From positions 1 to 35,543 of the forward strand of contig WRMR01000001.1 in NCBI GenBank assembly GCA_009776995.1: 35,543 nucleotides of DNA, written 5' to 3'. The translations under genes were made by a program, and so were the position numbers. The first letter of the stretch is position 1, and every line of letters starts with the position of its first letter. Below are positions 1 through 8,033 of the stretch, one piece after another. This DNA comes from Planctomycetaceae bacterium. Lineage in GTDB: Bacteria; Planctomycetota; Planctomycetia; Pirellulales; Thermoguttaceae. Below the pieces are notes generated by a model. The model was not told the DNA's origin, did no database searches, and worked only from the letters and a program-made list of their open reading frames with translations.

Positions 1-924
1 GCCGTTGGTCAGAAAGATTCGACCGTTGCGGGCATCATTGAAACGCTCCGCGAAAACGGAGCGATGGACTACACGACGGTCGTTGTGGCCGGTGCAAGTA
101 CGGCGGCCCCGTTGCAATACATCGCCCCGTATGCCGGTTGCGCGATGGCCGAGTATTTCATGGCCAAAGGTGAACACGCTTTGGTCGTGTATGACGACCT
201 TTCCAAACAGGCGGTGGCCTATCGCCAGTTGTCACTGCTCATGCGGCGCCCTCCGGGACGCGAAGCCTATCCGGGCGATATTTTTTACTGCCACAGCCGG
301 TTGCTCGAACGTGCGGCGAAACTGTCCGACGACCTCGGCGGCGGGTCGCTGACGGCACTGCCGATTGTTGAAACGCTCGAAGGCGAAGTGTCCGCTTATA
401 TTCCAACGAACGTCATTTCGATCACCGACGGGCAGATTTACCTGCAACCCGACCTGTTCTTTCGCGGGCAGCGGCCGGCCATGAACGTCGGGATTTCGGT
501 CAGCCGCGTGGGCGGTTCGGCGCAGGTGCCCGCGATGAAACAGGTGGCCGGCGGATTGCGGCTCGACCTGGCGGCGTTCCGCGAACTGGAAGCGTTCGCG
601 CAACTCGGTTCCGACCTCGACGCGGCCACGCAGTCCCAGCTCGACCGCGGCTACCGCATGAACGAACTGCTCAAACAGGGACTCTGCAAGCCGATGCACG
701 TCACCGACCAGATTCTGGTCATTTACGCCGGGACACGCGGGTTCCTCGACAACATCGACATCCCGCAAATCGGCAAGTGGGAAGTGGAATTCCTCGATCA
801 CGTCCACACGGAAAAACGTGACCTGTGGAACGCCATCACCGACGGCAAAAAATTGACCGATGACCTGAAATCCCAGGTGGAAGAGGCACTCACGGCGTTT
901 AACCAACGGTTTATTAAAGGTTAA
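1..924 (+). CDS. atpA: F1 ATP synthase alpha subunit, C-terminal part (5' end outside window)
   Basis: Frame 1 is open from base 1 ([33 protein letters not shown]...), so the Met at 64 in the track is internal. Alpha-subunit hallmarks are present: [45 protein letters not shown] and ITDGQIYL. Stop TAA at 922-924. The gamma subunit follows. Confidence 0.95.
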   Translation, partial: AVGQKDSTVAGIIETLRENGAMDYTTVVVAGASTAAPLQYIAPYAGCAMAEYFMAKGEHALVVYDDLSKQAVAYRQLSLLMRRPPGREAYPGDIFYCHSRLLERAAKLSDDLGGGSLTALPIVETLEGEVSAYIPTNVISITDGQIYLQPDLFFRGQRPAMNVGISVSRVGGSAQVPAMKQVAGGLRLDLAAFRELEAFAQLGSDLDAATQSQLDRGYRMNELLKQGLCKPMHVTDQILVIYAGTRGFLDNIDIPQIGKWEVEFLDHVHTEKRDLWNAITDGKKLTDDLKSQVEEALTAFNQRFIKG

Positions 925-975
925 TCATCATTTTTATTCACCACGAAGGAATGGTTCTGAAAAGAGCAAGAGGGG

Positions 976-1095
976 TTGTCCTGAAAGGACAAAATGTCTA
1001 TAACCCCCGGTTTAAACCGGGGGGAGTGGCAAGAAAAATACCATAATAGCCCCAACGGGGCGCAACAGAGCCGAGCCGGTCATGCCCCGTTGGGC
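976..1095 (+). other. Cluster of hairpins/palindromes in the atpA-atpG spacer
   Basis: TTGTCC-tgaaa-GGACAA (976-992). Perfect 20-bp palindrome CCCCCGGTTTAAACCGGGGG (1004-1023). GCCCC-aac-GGGGC (1049-1061), whose complement-like copy CCCCGTTGGGC recurs at 1085-1095. Function unknown; it could be a terminator, attenuator or processing site. Confidence 0.35.
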
Positions 1096-1135
1096 CAAAT
1101 TCAATATCCATAACATTCCAGCAATCCCCAAAACC

Positions 1136-1375
1136 ATGTCCACGCAACAAACAACGGAACTTCGTCCCGGTTATGGGTTTGCTGTCACTTCACTCACATT
1201 GGGAATTTTATGTTTGTTGATCCTGGGGTGGGGATTTAGCATACCTGGAATTGCGTTCGGCGTTTTATCCCTCAAGACACAAGGACGTGATATCGGTATT
1301 GCCGGATTGATCCTTTGTATTATTGCGACGATCTACCGGGTTGCCCAAACATTGGTGATTTACAACATCATTTGA
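1136..1375 (+). CDS. Small two-TM membrane protein (DUF4190-like), inserted between atpA and atpG
   Basis: The ORF 1082-1375 has an in-frame ATG at 1136 (MSTQQTTELRPGYGFAVTSLTLGILCLLILGW...GIAGLILCIIATI) and two hydrophobic helices. Start is uncertain (1082 or 1136). Confidence 0.5.
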   Translation: MSTQQTTELRPGYGFAVTSLTLGILCLLILGWGFSIPGIAFGVLSLKTQGRDIGIAGLILCIIATIYRVAQTLVIYNII

Positions 1376-1389
1376 CGTAATGGAGAACA

Positions 1390-2397
1390 ATGGCAAAAGC
1401 ACGAGCACTTGACAGGCGTCGCAAGTCGATACGCAGTACGCGGAAGATCACGCGGACGATGGAGCTGGTGGCCACGGCGCAGTTTCGCCGGGCGATGGAC
1501 CGCGCGGTGGCGGCCAGTTCCTATACGAAGCGGATCGTTTCGCTGGTGAACGATCTCGCTCACGCAGGCGTGACCGTAACGCACCCGTTGCTGGAAGAGC
1601 GGCCGGAAATCAAAAATGTTGCCCTGCTCGTGCTGACGGCCAATCGCGGGATGTGCGGCGGGTACAACGCGAACATGATTCGCCTGTCGATGGCGCGCTG
1701 GAAGGAACTGCAAGCGGAATTCGGCGACGGCGCAACGCTCGAACTTTCCGGCAAGCGCGGGATTTCCGCCTTCCATTTTCGTGGAATCCAGCCGGATCGC
1801 AGCTACACCCAATTTGAACACAAGCCGACCTACGACGAGGTGGACGAACTGGCGTCGCGTTATATTGAGGAATATTACCACAACAGGATCGATCGGCTCG
1901 AAATCATTTACACGAAATTCATTTCGATGAGCAAGCAGGAAGCCGTTCGCGAAACGCTGCTTCCGATGACCGAACTGGTCTCGGAGGATGACGTACTCAA
2001 CGTGATGGTACAGGAAACGGCGATTCCCGATGACATTAAGAAGTCGGAAGCGGAATTACGGAAGGAAGCGATGATCCGTGCCGCGCAGGCCAAACTGGCC
2101 AAGTCCCGCAGTGCGACCACCCGTCGGGGCGGCGAAATCCCCTTTGAGTTTTACCCTTCGGCGCAAAGCGTTATGGAGGAAATCGTACCCAGTGCGTTTC
2201 GAATCAAGCTGTTCAAGTGTTTTCTCGACGCGGGCGTCAATGAACAGATTTCCCGCATGGTCGCGATGAAAGCGGCCACGGAAAACGCGGACAAGATCAT
2301 CAGTGCGTTGAGTACGGCATACAACCGTGCCCGGCAAGGCCAAATCACCAACGAGATCATCGAGGTCACGAGTGGTTTTGAGGCGTTGGGCGGATAG
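1390..2397 (+). CDS. atpG: F1 ATP synthase gamma subunit
   Basis: The N-terminus RRRKSIRSTRKITRTMELVATAQFRRA and the C-terminus ATENADKIISALSTAYNRARQGQITNEIIEVTSG are canonical gamma motifs. The position after atpA fits. At 335 aa it is longer than usual because of an internal charged insert. Confidence 0.93.
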   Translation: MAKARALDRRRKSIRSTRKITRTMELVATAQFRRAMDRAVAASSYTKRIVSLVNDLAHAGVTVTHPLLEERPEIKNVALLVLTANRGMCGGYNANMIRLSMARWKELQAEFGDGATLELSGKRGISAFHFRGIQPDRSYTQFEHKPTYDEVDELASRYIEEYYHNRIDRLEIIYTKFISMSKQEAVRETLLPMTELVSEDDVLNVMVQETAIPDDIKKSEAELRKEAMIRAAQAKLAKSRSATTRRGGEIPFEFYPSAQSVMEEIVPSAFRIKLFKCFLDAGVNEQISRMVAMKAATENADKIISALSTAYNRARQGQITNEIIEVTSGFEALGG

Positions 2398-2421
2398 AAC
2401 AAGCGCAGAGTGCAAAGTTCA

Positions 2422-2488
2422 AAATTCAGAATGCTGTGATTTTATATTCTCCACTCTGAATTTCATTCGTGTTTTTTGCAACAAAAAA
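2422..2488 (+). terminator. Putative terminator-like hairpins after atpG
   Basis: AAATTCAGA (2422-2430) pairs with TCTGAATTT (2455-2463). A T6 run lies at 2472-2477, and an A/T-only hairpin TTTTTTG-caa-CAAAAAA at 2472-2488. The T run is not directly adjacent to the first stem, so this is not a textbook intrinsic terminator. Confidence 0.3.
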
Positions 2489-2527
2489 AAATTCAATTCA
2501 CCCCCCTTTTTTTGAGACTATAACCCA

Positions 2528-5302
2528 ATGAAACACACAAACCCAATGAAACACACAAAACTTCTTTTAACGCTATTTACGGTCGTCCTTTTTGCGGCGG
2601 CAGCCTGGATTGTCGCGCAACAGGTACTGGCACAGAGTCTGGGTCTGGACACGGGAGGAGCGGCAAGCGTTGCCGTGACTTCCGATGAAGACGGCATTCA
2701 GGCGGCAGCCCCAACCGCTGTTCCCGTTGCTGCCAAAGGCGGTTCCGAATTCAAGTTTACCGTCTTTTGGCTTTTCGCACTCGGCTGTTCGGTTGCCGCG
2801 CTTTATTACGCCTTTAAGTTTTATAAGGAAATGAAAGCGGCTGACCCCGGTACGCAAAAAATGATCGACATTGCCGCCGCTGTTCAAAAAGGTGCCTACG
2901 CCTACTTGAAACAGCAGTACAAGGTGGTGGCGATCTTTTTTGCCGTTATGTTCGTATTCTTTGGTTTCCTGTCCTGGTATCTGCGTGTTCAAAGCGACAT
3001 TGTCCCGATCGCCTTTCTGACCGGCGGGTTCTTCTCCGGTCTGGCAGGGTTCTTCGGCATGAAGACCGCCACTTGGGCCTCGAACCGAACCGCCGCTGCC
3101 GCACAAAAATCACTGAACCAGGGGTTGCAAGTCGCATTCCGCAGCGGTGCGGTCATGGGCTTGACCGTCGTGGGACTTGGCCTGCTCGACATCGTACTTT
3201 GGTTTGGAATCCTTTACTGGCTCTTCCCGATCCTGGCAGGCAAGCCGATGGACCTGATCGACATTACCGTGACGATGCTCTGTTTTGGCATGGGAGCTTC
3301 GTCGCAAGCCTTGTTTGCACGTGTCGGCGGCGGTATCTTCACCAAAGCCGCCGACGTTGGCGCCGACTTGGTGGGTAAAGTCGAAGCCGGAATTCCGGAA
3401 GACGACGAACGTAACCCCGCCACCATCGCGGACAATGTCGGCGACAATGTCGGTGACGTTGCCGGGATGGGTGCCGACCTTTACGAGTCGTATTGCGGTT
3501 CGATCCTCGCAACCTGTGCTCTCGGCGCCGCAGCGTTTTCCGGGTCTTCCCTTCCGATGCCGGATGGAGTTTCCGCCCATATCATGCAATTGAACGCCCT
3601 GTTCCTGCCGCTCGTCCTTGCCGCCGTTGGGATTCTCCTTTCGATCGCGGGCGTCTTCCTCGTCAAAACGGAAGAAAGTGCCACGCAGGGAACGTTGCTC
3701 AAGGCTCTCGGACGCGGAACGAACATTTCCAGCATCGCCATAGGAATTCTCGCACTGATTCTCTCCCCCATTCTGTTGCCGGGTTACGGGGGCGTTGGTT
3801 TCAGTGTTGTTTTTGGTTTGCTCGCAGGTGTGTTGATCGGAAAATGGACGGAATACTCGACCAGTGACGAATACCAACCGACCAAAGATTTGGCGAAACA
3901 GGCGGAAACCGGTCCGGCCACGGTCATTATCGGCGGGATTGCCGATGGGATGATGAGTGTTTGGTGTCCGGTTGTCATTGTCGGAATTGCCACGTTGCTG
4001 GCATTTGGCTGTGCGGCCAAAGGCAATTTTGCAGACGTGACCTACTTCTCAATCGGCCTGTATGGAATCGGGATCGCCGCTGTTGGAATGCTCAGTACGC
4101 TTGGCATCACGCTTGCCACCGATGCTTACGGTCCGATTGCCGACAACGCTGGCGGAAACGCCGAAATGTCCGGCCTTGACCCGGAAGTCCGCAAACGAAC
4201 CGACGCGCTCGACTCGCTCGGCAATACCACCGCCGCAACCGGCAAGGGGTTTGCCATCGGTTCCGCCGCGTTGACCGCGCTGGCTCTCCTGGCCGCTTAC
4301 GTCGAGGAAGTCCGTGTCGGCTTCAACCGTTGGGCTGATTCCGCCATGACGCAAATCATCGACAAAGATAAAGAAGGAGTGAAGGAAGGGTTCTATAAAT
4401 TGAACAATTCCTTTATTGTTCAAATCCAAAAGGCCGACAATACCGCAACCCAGGCGAAAATTCACAACGGTTACAAAATTGTTCCCTTCCTCCTGCTTCC
4501 CGGTCAACTTCCTGCGGAAGCCCAAGTTGTGTGGGATGAATTGATTGTGGGTAAGAATCCCGTTTTGATTCCCGCCGAAGGTGCGTTGGACATCACCGAC
4601 CTGCCCGCCGTTTACATGCCGAGCGGCGATATGCAGGAAGCGGCAAAATTCACAGCCGCGCATGGCGATTTGATTCACGTCAAGTGGGCCGGCATGAAAG
4701 ATTGGATGCACTATTATTCCTGCGACCTGATGAACCCGAAAGTCATCGTCGGAGTGTTCCTCGGTGCGATGGCCGTATTCCTCTTTGCCGCCATGACGAT
4801 GAAGGCCGTTGGCCGGGCCGCATTCGGCATGGTCGAAGAAGTGCGGCGCCAGTTCCGTGAAAAGCCAGGCATCATGGATCGTACCGAAAAACCGGACTAC
4901 GAAGAGCCTGTCCGCATCAGTACTACGGCGGCCCAGAAAGAAATGATACTCCCGTCGATCCTCGGTCTGATTCTGCCGCTGGGCGTCGGTTTCTTTCTTG
5001 GCGTCGGCGGAGTAATTGGCCTGCTCATTGGAACATTGACTTGCGGTTTCTGTGTTGCGGTCTTCATGGCCAACGCGGGCGGAACCTGGGACAATGCGAA
5101 AAAATACATCGAAGCGGGCAACCTCGGCGGCAAGCGCAGTGAATCCCACAAGGCCGCCGTCGTTGGTGACACAGTTGGCGACCCGTTCAAGGACACCAGC
5201 GGTCCGAGCTTGAATATTTTGATCAAGCTGATGAATATGGTCAGTGTTGTTGCAGCAGGACTCATTGTCCGCTACAGCCTTGAAGCGATGGGCTGGTTTT
5301 AA
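2528..5302 (+). CDS. hppA: Membrane-bound K+-dependent-type pyrophosphatase (ion-pumping PPase), unusually long at 924 aa
   Basis: Diagnostic motifs [87 protein letters not shown] and [22 protein letters not shown]. It also has an N-terminal extension with a signal-like helix and a large internal insert. Confidence 0.95.
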   Translation: MKHTNPMKHTKLLLTLFTVVLFAAAAWIVAQQVLAQSLGLDTGGAASVAVTSDEDGIQAAAPTAVPVAAKGGSEFKFTVFWLFALGCSVAALYYAFKFYKEMKAADPGTQKMIDIAAAVQKGAYAYLKQQYKVVAIFFAVMFVFFGFLSWYLRVQSDIVPIAFLTGGFFSGLAGFFGMKTATWASNRTAAAAQKSLNQGLQVAFRSGAVMGLTVVGLGLLDIVLWFGILYWLFPILAGKPMDLIDITVTMLCFGMGASSQALFARVGGGIFTKAADVGADLVGKVEAGIPEDDERNPATIADNVGDNVGDVAGMGADLYESYCGSILATCALGAAAFSGSSLPMPDGVSAHIMQLNALFLPLVLAAVGILLSIAGVFLVKTEESATQGTLLKALGRGTNISSIAIGILALILSPILLPGYGGVGFSVVFGLLAGVLIGKWTEYSTSDEYQPTKDLAKQAETGPATVIIGGIADGMMSVWCPVVIVGIATLLAFGCAAKGNFADVTYFSIGLYGIGIAAVGMLSTLGITLATDAYGPIADNAGGNAEMSGLDPEVRKRTDALDSLGNTTAATGKGFAIGSAALTALALLAAYVEEVRVGFNRWADSAMTQIIDKDKEGVKEGFYKLNNSFIVQIQKADNTATQAKIHNGYKIVPFLLLPGQLPAEAQVVWDELIVGKNPVLIPAEGALDITDLPAVYMPSGDMQEAAKFTAAHGDLIHVKWAGMKDWMHYYSCDLMNPKVIVGVFLGAMAVFLFAAMTMKAVGRAAFGMVEEVRRQFREKPGIMDRTEKPDYEEPVRISTTAAQKEMILPSILGLILPLGVGFFLGVGGVIGLLIGTLTCGFCVAVFMANAGGTWDNAKKYIEAGNLGGKRSESHKAAVVGDTVGDPFKDTSGPSLNILIKLMNMVSVVAAGLIVRYSLEAMGWF

Positions 5303-5316
5303 TTTGGCAAAGGCAG

Positions 5317-5337
5317 GGCGGTCACGTCGTGACCGCC
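5317..5337 (+). terminator. Perfect 9-bp-stem hairpin GGCGGTCAC-gtc-GTGACCGCC, 15 nt after the hppA stop
   Basis: The inverted repeat is seen directly and is duplicated at 7290-7310. No T tract follows, so it could equally be the operator of the TA cassette that follows it. Confidence 0.35.
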
Positions 5338-5370
5338 ACATGTTTATGGGTCACTGAATGGAGAGTAAAA

Positions 5371-5626
5371 ATGGCAACAGCGGAATTGAGTGACACGCAA
5401 CTGTTAAAGGACGCCATCGCGATGCGGCTTGCCGGCATTGATGACCGGGTTTTTTTTGAATGCTCTTTTGACGCTGGCCGACAGATTCCACAAACCAAAA
5501 CCTCTGACTGCGGAACAGTGGGAGGACTTTGAAATCGGACGACAGCAAATCGCAACAGGAAAGACGATTTCACACGAAGAGGTCATGAAAGAATGAGACG
5601 CATTATACCCCAATGACGAAGATTGA
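5371..5626 (+). pseudogene. Antitoxin pseudogene (copy 1)
   Basis: It begins MATAELSDTQLLKDAIAMRLAGIDD like the intact copy at 7344. It has one extra T in a T8 run (about 5450-5457) that shifts the frame, plus a TGA where copy 2 reads TTA (gaaTGAgac vs gaaTTAgac, about 5593). Confidence 0.8.
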
Positions 5627-5896
5627 GTGGACTTTCCGTGCCGAAAGACAACTGGACGAATATACTGAAGTTTTACACCCGTCGGAACGGTTCGTCGGGT
5701 TACAGTAAACGTCACAAGAAAGAGTTTTGGAAAGTTGTTCGACTCATTCGTGTCAATCCGCATCTCGGCGAAACGGTGCCGGGATATGACAACCGAAGGA
5801 GGACGGTTGTTGGCAATTTTGTTTTGGCCTATGAACTTGCGAAAGATGTCGTTTACATCCCACTCCATCCGGGACGGCAGACGCGACGATGAGTAA
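5613..5896 (+). pseudogene. ParE/RelE-family toxin pseudogene (copy 1)
   Basis: MTKIEWTFRAERQLDE is in one frame, ILKFYTRRNGSSGYSKRHKKEFWKVVRLIRVNPHLGE in a second, and the conserved end IRDGRRDDE* in a third. The length of 284 nt is not a multiple of 3. Confidence 0.8.
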
Positions 5897-6052
5897 AGCA
5901 TCGAAATGACATGTTTATACCGAAGCCGGTTGAAAAAACCCGACAATGTGACTCGGGAGTCCGTTTTCTCAAAGGGTAAACGGACGCGCTTACCGGAATT
6001 TACAATTGGCGATAGTATAACCCTTGAATGATAACATACAGGAGAGATTGCC

Positions 6053-7267
6053 ATGAAACGAAATTTGACAATGCTTGTTTTGGTTGCGGTTCTTTGTGCC
6101 GTGAGTGGAATAACCGTGTTTGCCCAGCCTGTCGGACAGGGAGGTCAGCGGTTTCAACCGCGTTTTAACGGGCTTGCGGTTGACCAGACGAATCTGCATT
6201 TGCTCTCCGACGCGGTGACACGTTCGATTTCCCCGGAGAATTTCACCGGCGAAAAAGGAAAAGCGGCCATGGCAAAGGAAGAAGGTTCCGCTTGGAACGC
6301 CGCCCGTGACCTGGGGCAAGGCTGGAAGGTATCGCCCTACGTGCGCATTCCCGCCAACTCGACCTTTACCCTGGCCGAAATCGAAGGCAGCGGTGCCATT
6401 CAACAAATCTGGCTGACGCCCGCCCCGCTCAACAAGACGCGGAACATGATCCTCCGGTTTTACTGGGATGACGAGGAAACGCCGTCCGTCGAAGTGCCGC
6501 TTGGCGACTTTTTCGCCTGCGGCTGGCAGGAGTATTGCCAGAACAACTCGCTTATGGTCAACGTCAATCCCGGCAGTGCGTTCAACTGCTATTGGACGAT
6601 GCCCTTCCGCGAAAAAGCGAAAGTGACCATCGAAAACCTCGACGACAACCAGATCACGATTTATTACCAGATCAATTACGTACTGGGCGATGTACCGGAC
6701 AATGCCGCGTATTTTCACGCCCAGTTCCGCCGCGTCAATCCCCTCAAGGCGAAAGACGTTGTGACGCTTGTTGATGGCATCAGGGGCAAGGGGCATTATG
6801 TCGGCACCTACATGGCTTGGGAAGTGTTCAGTCCGGGCTGGTGGGGCGAAGGCGAAATCAAGTTTTACATGGACGGTGACAAGGAATTTCCGACCATCGC
6901 CGGGACGGGCACGGAAGATTATTTTTGCGGTTCCTACAATTTTGATCGCGGTGGGTTTTATCGCGAATTCAGTACGCCCTACGCCGGTTTGGTGCAGGTG
7001 TTGCCGCGCGACACAAAAGCCTACATCCCCGGTCAGCGTTTCGGGCTTTACCGCTGGCACATCACCGACCCGGTGCGCTTCGAGCAGGATTTGAAGGTCA
7101 CGATGCAGGCACTCGGCTGGCAGGACGGCGGACGTTATCTGCCGCTGGAAGACGATATTTCCAGCACGGTGTTCTGGTATCAGACCGAACCGCACGCCCC
7201 GTTCCCGAAACTGCCCTCGAAAGAGGAATTGCAGATCAAACCGCTCGAACTCAGACCGGTGAATTAA
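6053..7267 (+). CDS. Secreted DUF2961 / glycoside hydrolase family 172-like protein
   Basis: Signal peptide MKRNLTMLVLVAVLCAVSGITVFA. Family-typical blocks GSGAIQQIWLTP, ILRFYWDDEETPSVEVPLGDFFACGW, NCYWTMPFREKAKVTIENL and WWGEGEIKFYMDGDKEFPTIAGTGTEDYF. Confidence 0.75.
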   Translation: MKRNLTMLVLVAVLCAVSGITVFAQPVGQGGQRFQPRFNGLAVDQTNLHLLSDAVTRSISPENFTGEKGKAAMAKEEGSAWNAARDLGQGWKVSPYVRIPANSTFTLAEIEGSGAIQQIWLTPAPLNKTRNMILRFYWDDEETPSVEVPLGDFFACGWQEYCQNNSLMVNVNPGSAFNCYWTMPFREKAKVTIENLDDNQITIYYQINYVLGDVPDNAAYFHAQFRRVNPLKAKDVVTLVDGIRGKGHYVGTYMAWEVFSPGWWGEGEIKFYMDGDKEFPTIAGTGTEDYFCGSYNFDRGGFYREFSTPYAGLVQVLPRDTKAYIPGQRFGLYRWHITDPVRFEQDLKVTMQALGWQDGGRYLPLEDDISSTVFWYQTEPHAPFPKLPSKEELQIKPLELRPVN

Positions 7268-7289
7268 CATGACAGCATAACTCAGGCAG

Positions 7290-7310
7290 GGCGGTCACGG
7301 CGTGACCGCC
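7290..7310 (+). terminator. Hairpin GGCGGTCAC-ggc-GTGACCGCC, 23 nt after the GH172 stop
   Basis: Second copy of the 5317-5337 hairpin. Only the loop differs. Confidence 0.35.
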
Positions 7311-7343
7311 ACATGTTTACGGGTCACTGAATGGAGAGTAAAA

Positions 7344-7598
7344 ATGGCAACAGCAGAATTGAGCGACACCCAACTGTTAAAGGACGCTATCGCGATGCGG
7401 CTTGCCGACATTGACGATCGGGAATTTTTGAATGCTCTTTTGACGCTGGCCGACAGATTCCACAAACCAAAACCTCTGACTGCGGAACAGTGGGAGGACA
7501 TCGAAATCAGCCGACAGCAAATTGCCGCCGGACAGACGATTTCACACGAAGATGTCATGAAAGAATTAGACGCATTATACCCCGATGACGAAAATTGA
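7344..7598 (+). CDS. Putative antitoxin (copy 2, intact)
   Basis: ATG at 7344 is preceded by GGAGAG. The 84-aa product is MATAELSDTQLLKDAIAMRLADIDDREFLNALLTLADRFHKPKPLTAEQWEDIEISRQQIAAGQTISHEDVMKELDALYPDDEN. It overlaps the downstream toxin remnant in typical TA fashion and is paralogous to 7746-8033. Confidence 0.65.
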   Translation: MATAELSDTQLLKDAIAMRLADIDDREFLNALLTLADRFHKPKPLTAEQWEDIEISRQQIAAGQTISHEDVMKELDALYPDDEN

Positions 7599-7719
7599 GT
7601 GGACTTTCCGTGCCAAAAGGCAACTGGACGAAATCCTGAAGTTTTACACCCGGCGGAACGGTTCACCAAGTTACAGTCAACTTCACTCAATCCGGGACGG
7701 CAGACGCGACGATGAATAA
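7585..7719 (+). pseudogene. ParE/RelE-family toxin remnant with in-frame internal deletion (44 codons)
   Basis: MTKIEWTFRAKRQLDEILKFYTRRNGSPSYSQLHSIRDGRRDDE*. The N-terminal roughly 31 aa and the C-terminal IRDGRRDDE are retained, and about 50 central codons present in the 8012-8302 paralogue are missing. Confidence 0.75.
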
Positions 7720-7745
7720 AAGACGGAGAATCAAGCGAGGCAGTT

Positions 7746-8033
7746 ATGGCGATGGCTGAACAGACAGACCAGGAATACCGCTTGAAGGTGAAACTGTTCG
7801 GACGCATTGAGAGGACGCATAATCTCTCGTTGCTCCGAAAAGTCGAATCGTTATTGGACGAACAGTTGCCGGAAAATGTTTATCTCCTTTCTGCGGAAGA
7901 ACGGGAAGGCATGAATCTTGCCCGCCAGCAACTGGATGCCGGGTTGGGTATCCCGCATGAAATCGTGGAAGGCGAATTGAATCGCTGGCTGGATGAACTG
8001 GAACGGAATGAATGCGAAACAAACGGAAACTGA
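7746..8033 (+). CDS. Putative antitoxin (copy 3, divergent, intact)
   Basis: 95 aa. The C-terminal half LSAEEREGMNLARQQLDAGLGIPHEIVEGELNRWL parallels LTAEQWEDIEISRQQIAAGQTISHEDVMKEL of copy 2. It overlaps the toxin start by 22 nt. Confidence 0.65.
   Translation: MAMAEQTDQEYRLKVKLFGRIERTHNLSLLRKVESLLDEQLPENVYLLSAEEREGMNLARQQLDAGLGIPHEIVEGELNRWLDELERNECETNGN

Larger units (their letters stand above)
5311..5896 (+). repeat. Direct repeat copy 1 (decayed TA cassette), roughly 90% identical by eye to 7284-7719 over the shared parts
   Basis: Manual alignment: aggcagggcggtcacGtcgtgaccgccacatgtttaTgggtcactgaatggagagtaaaaatggcaacagc... matches 7284 onward with scattered substitutions and indels. Confidence 0.9.
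7284..7719 (+). repeat. Direct repeat copy 2 (partly decayed TA cassette)
   Basis: Aligns with 5311-5896. It lacks the central part of the toxin gene. Confidence 0.9.

Noticed and set aside
4049-5341. Long antisense ORFs opposite well-supported genes. On the minus strand: 232-906, 4049-5341, 5990-7270, 8761-9438, 14080-14895, 16417-17322, 17425-18069, 20409-21305, 21315-22316, 23822-24484, 24992-25666, 25796-26518 and 26971-27591. On the plus strand: 28015-28812, 30976-31545, 31764-32756 and 32921-33649.
   Set aside because: Each lies entirely within a gene that has strong family motifs on the other strand. Their translations are Arg/Gly/Pro/His-rich and low in recognisable motifs, as expected for shadow ORFs in GC-rich DNA.
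5404-6054. Minus-strand ORFs 5404-6054 and 7295-7807, which share long identical peptide stretches
   Set aside because: Their similarity merely reflects the direct DNA repeats of the TA cassettes. The plus-strand readings give recognisable antitoxin and ParE-like sequences, and the minus-strand readings have no features.
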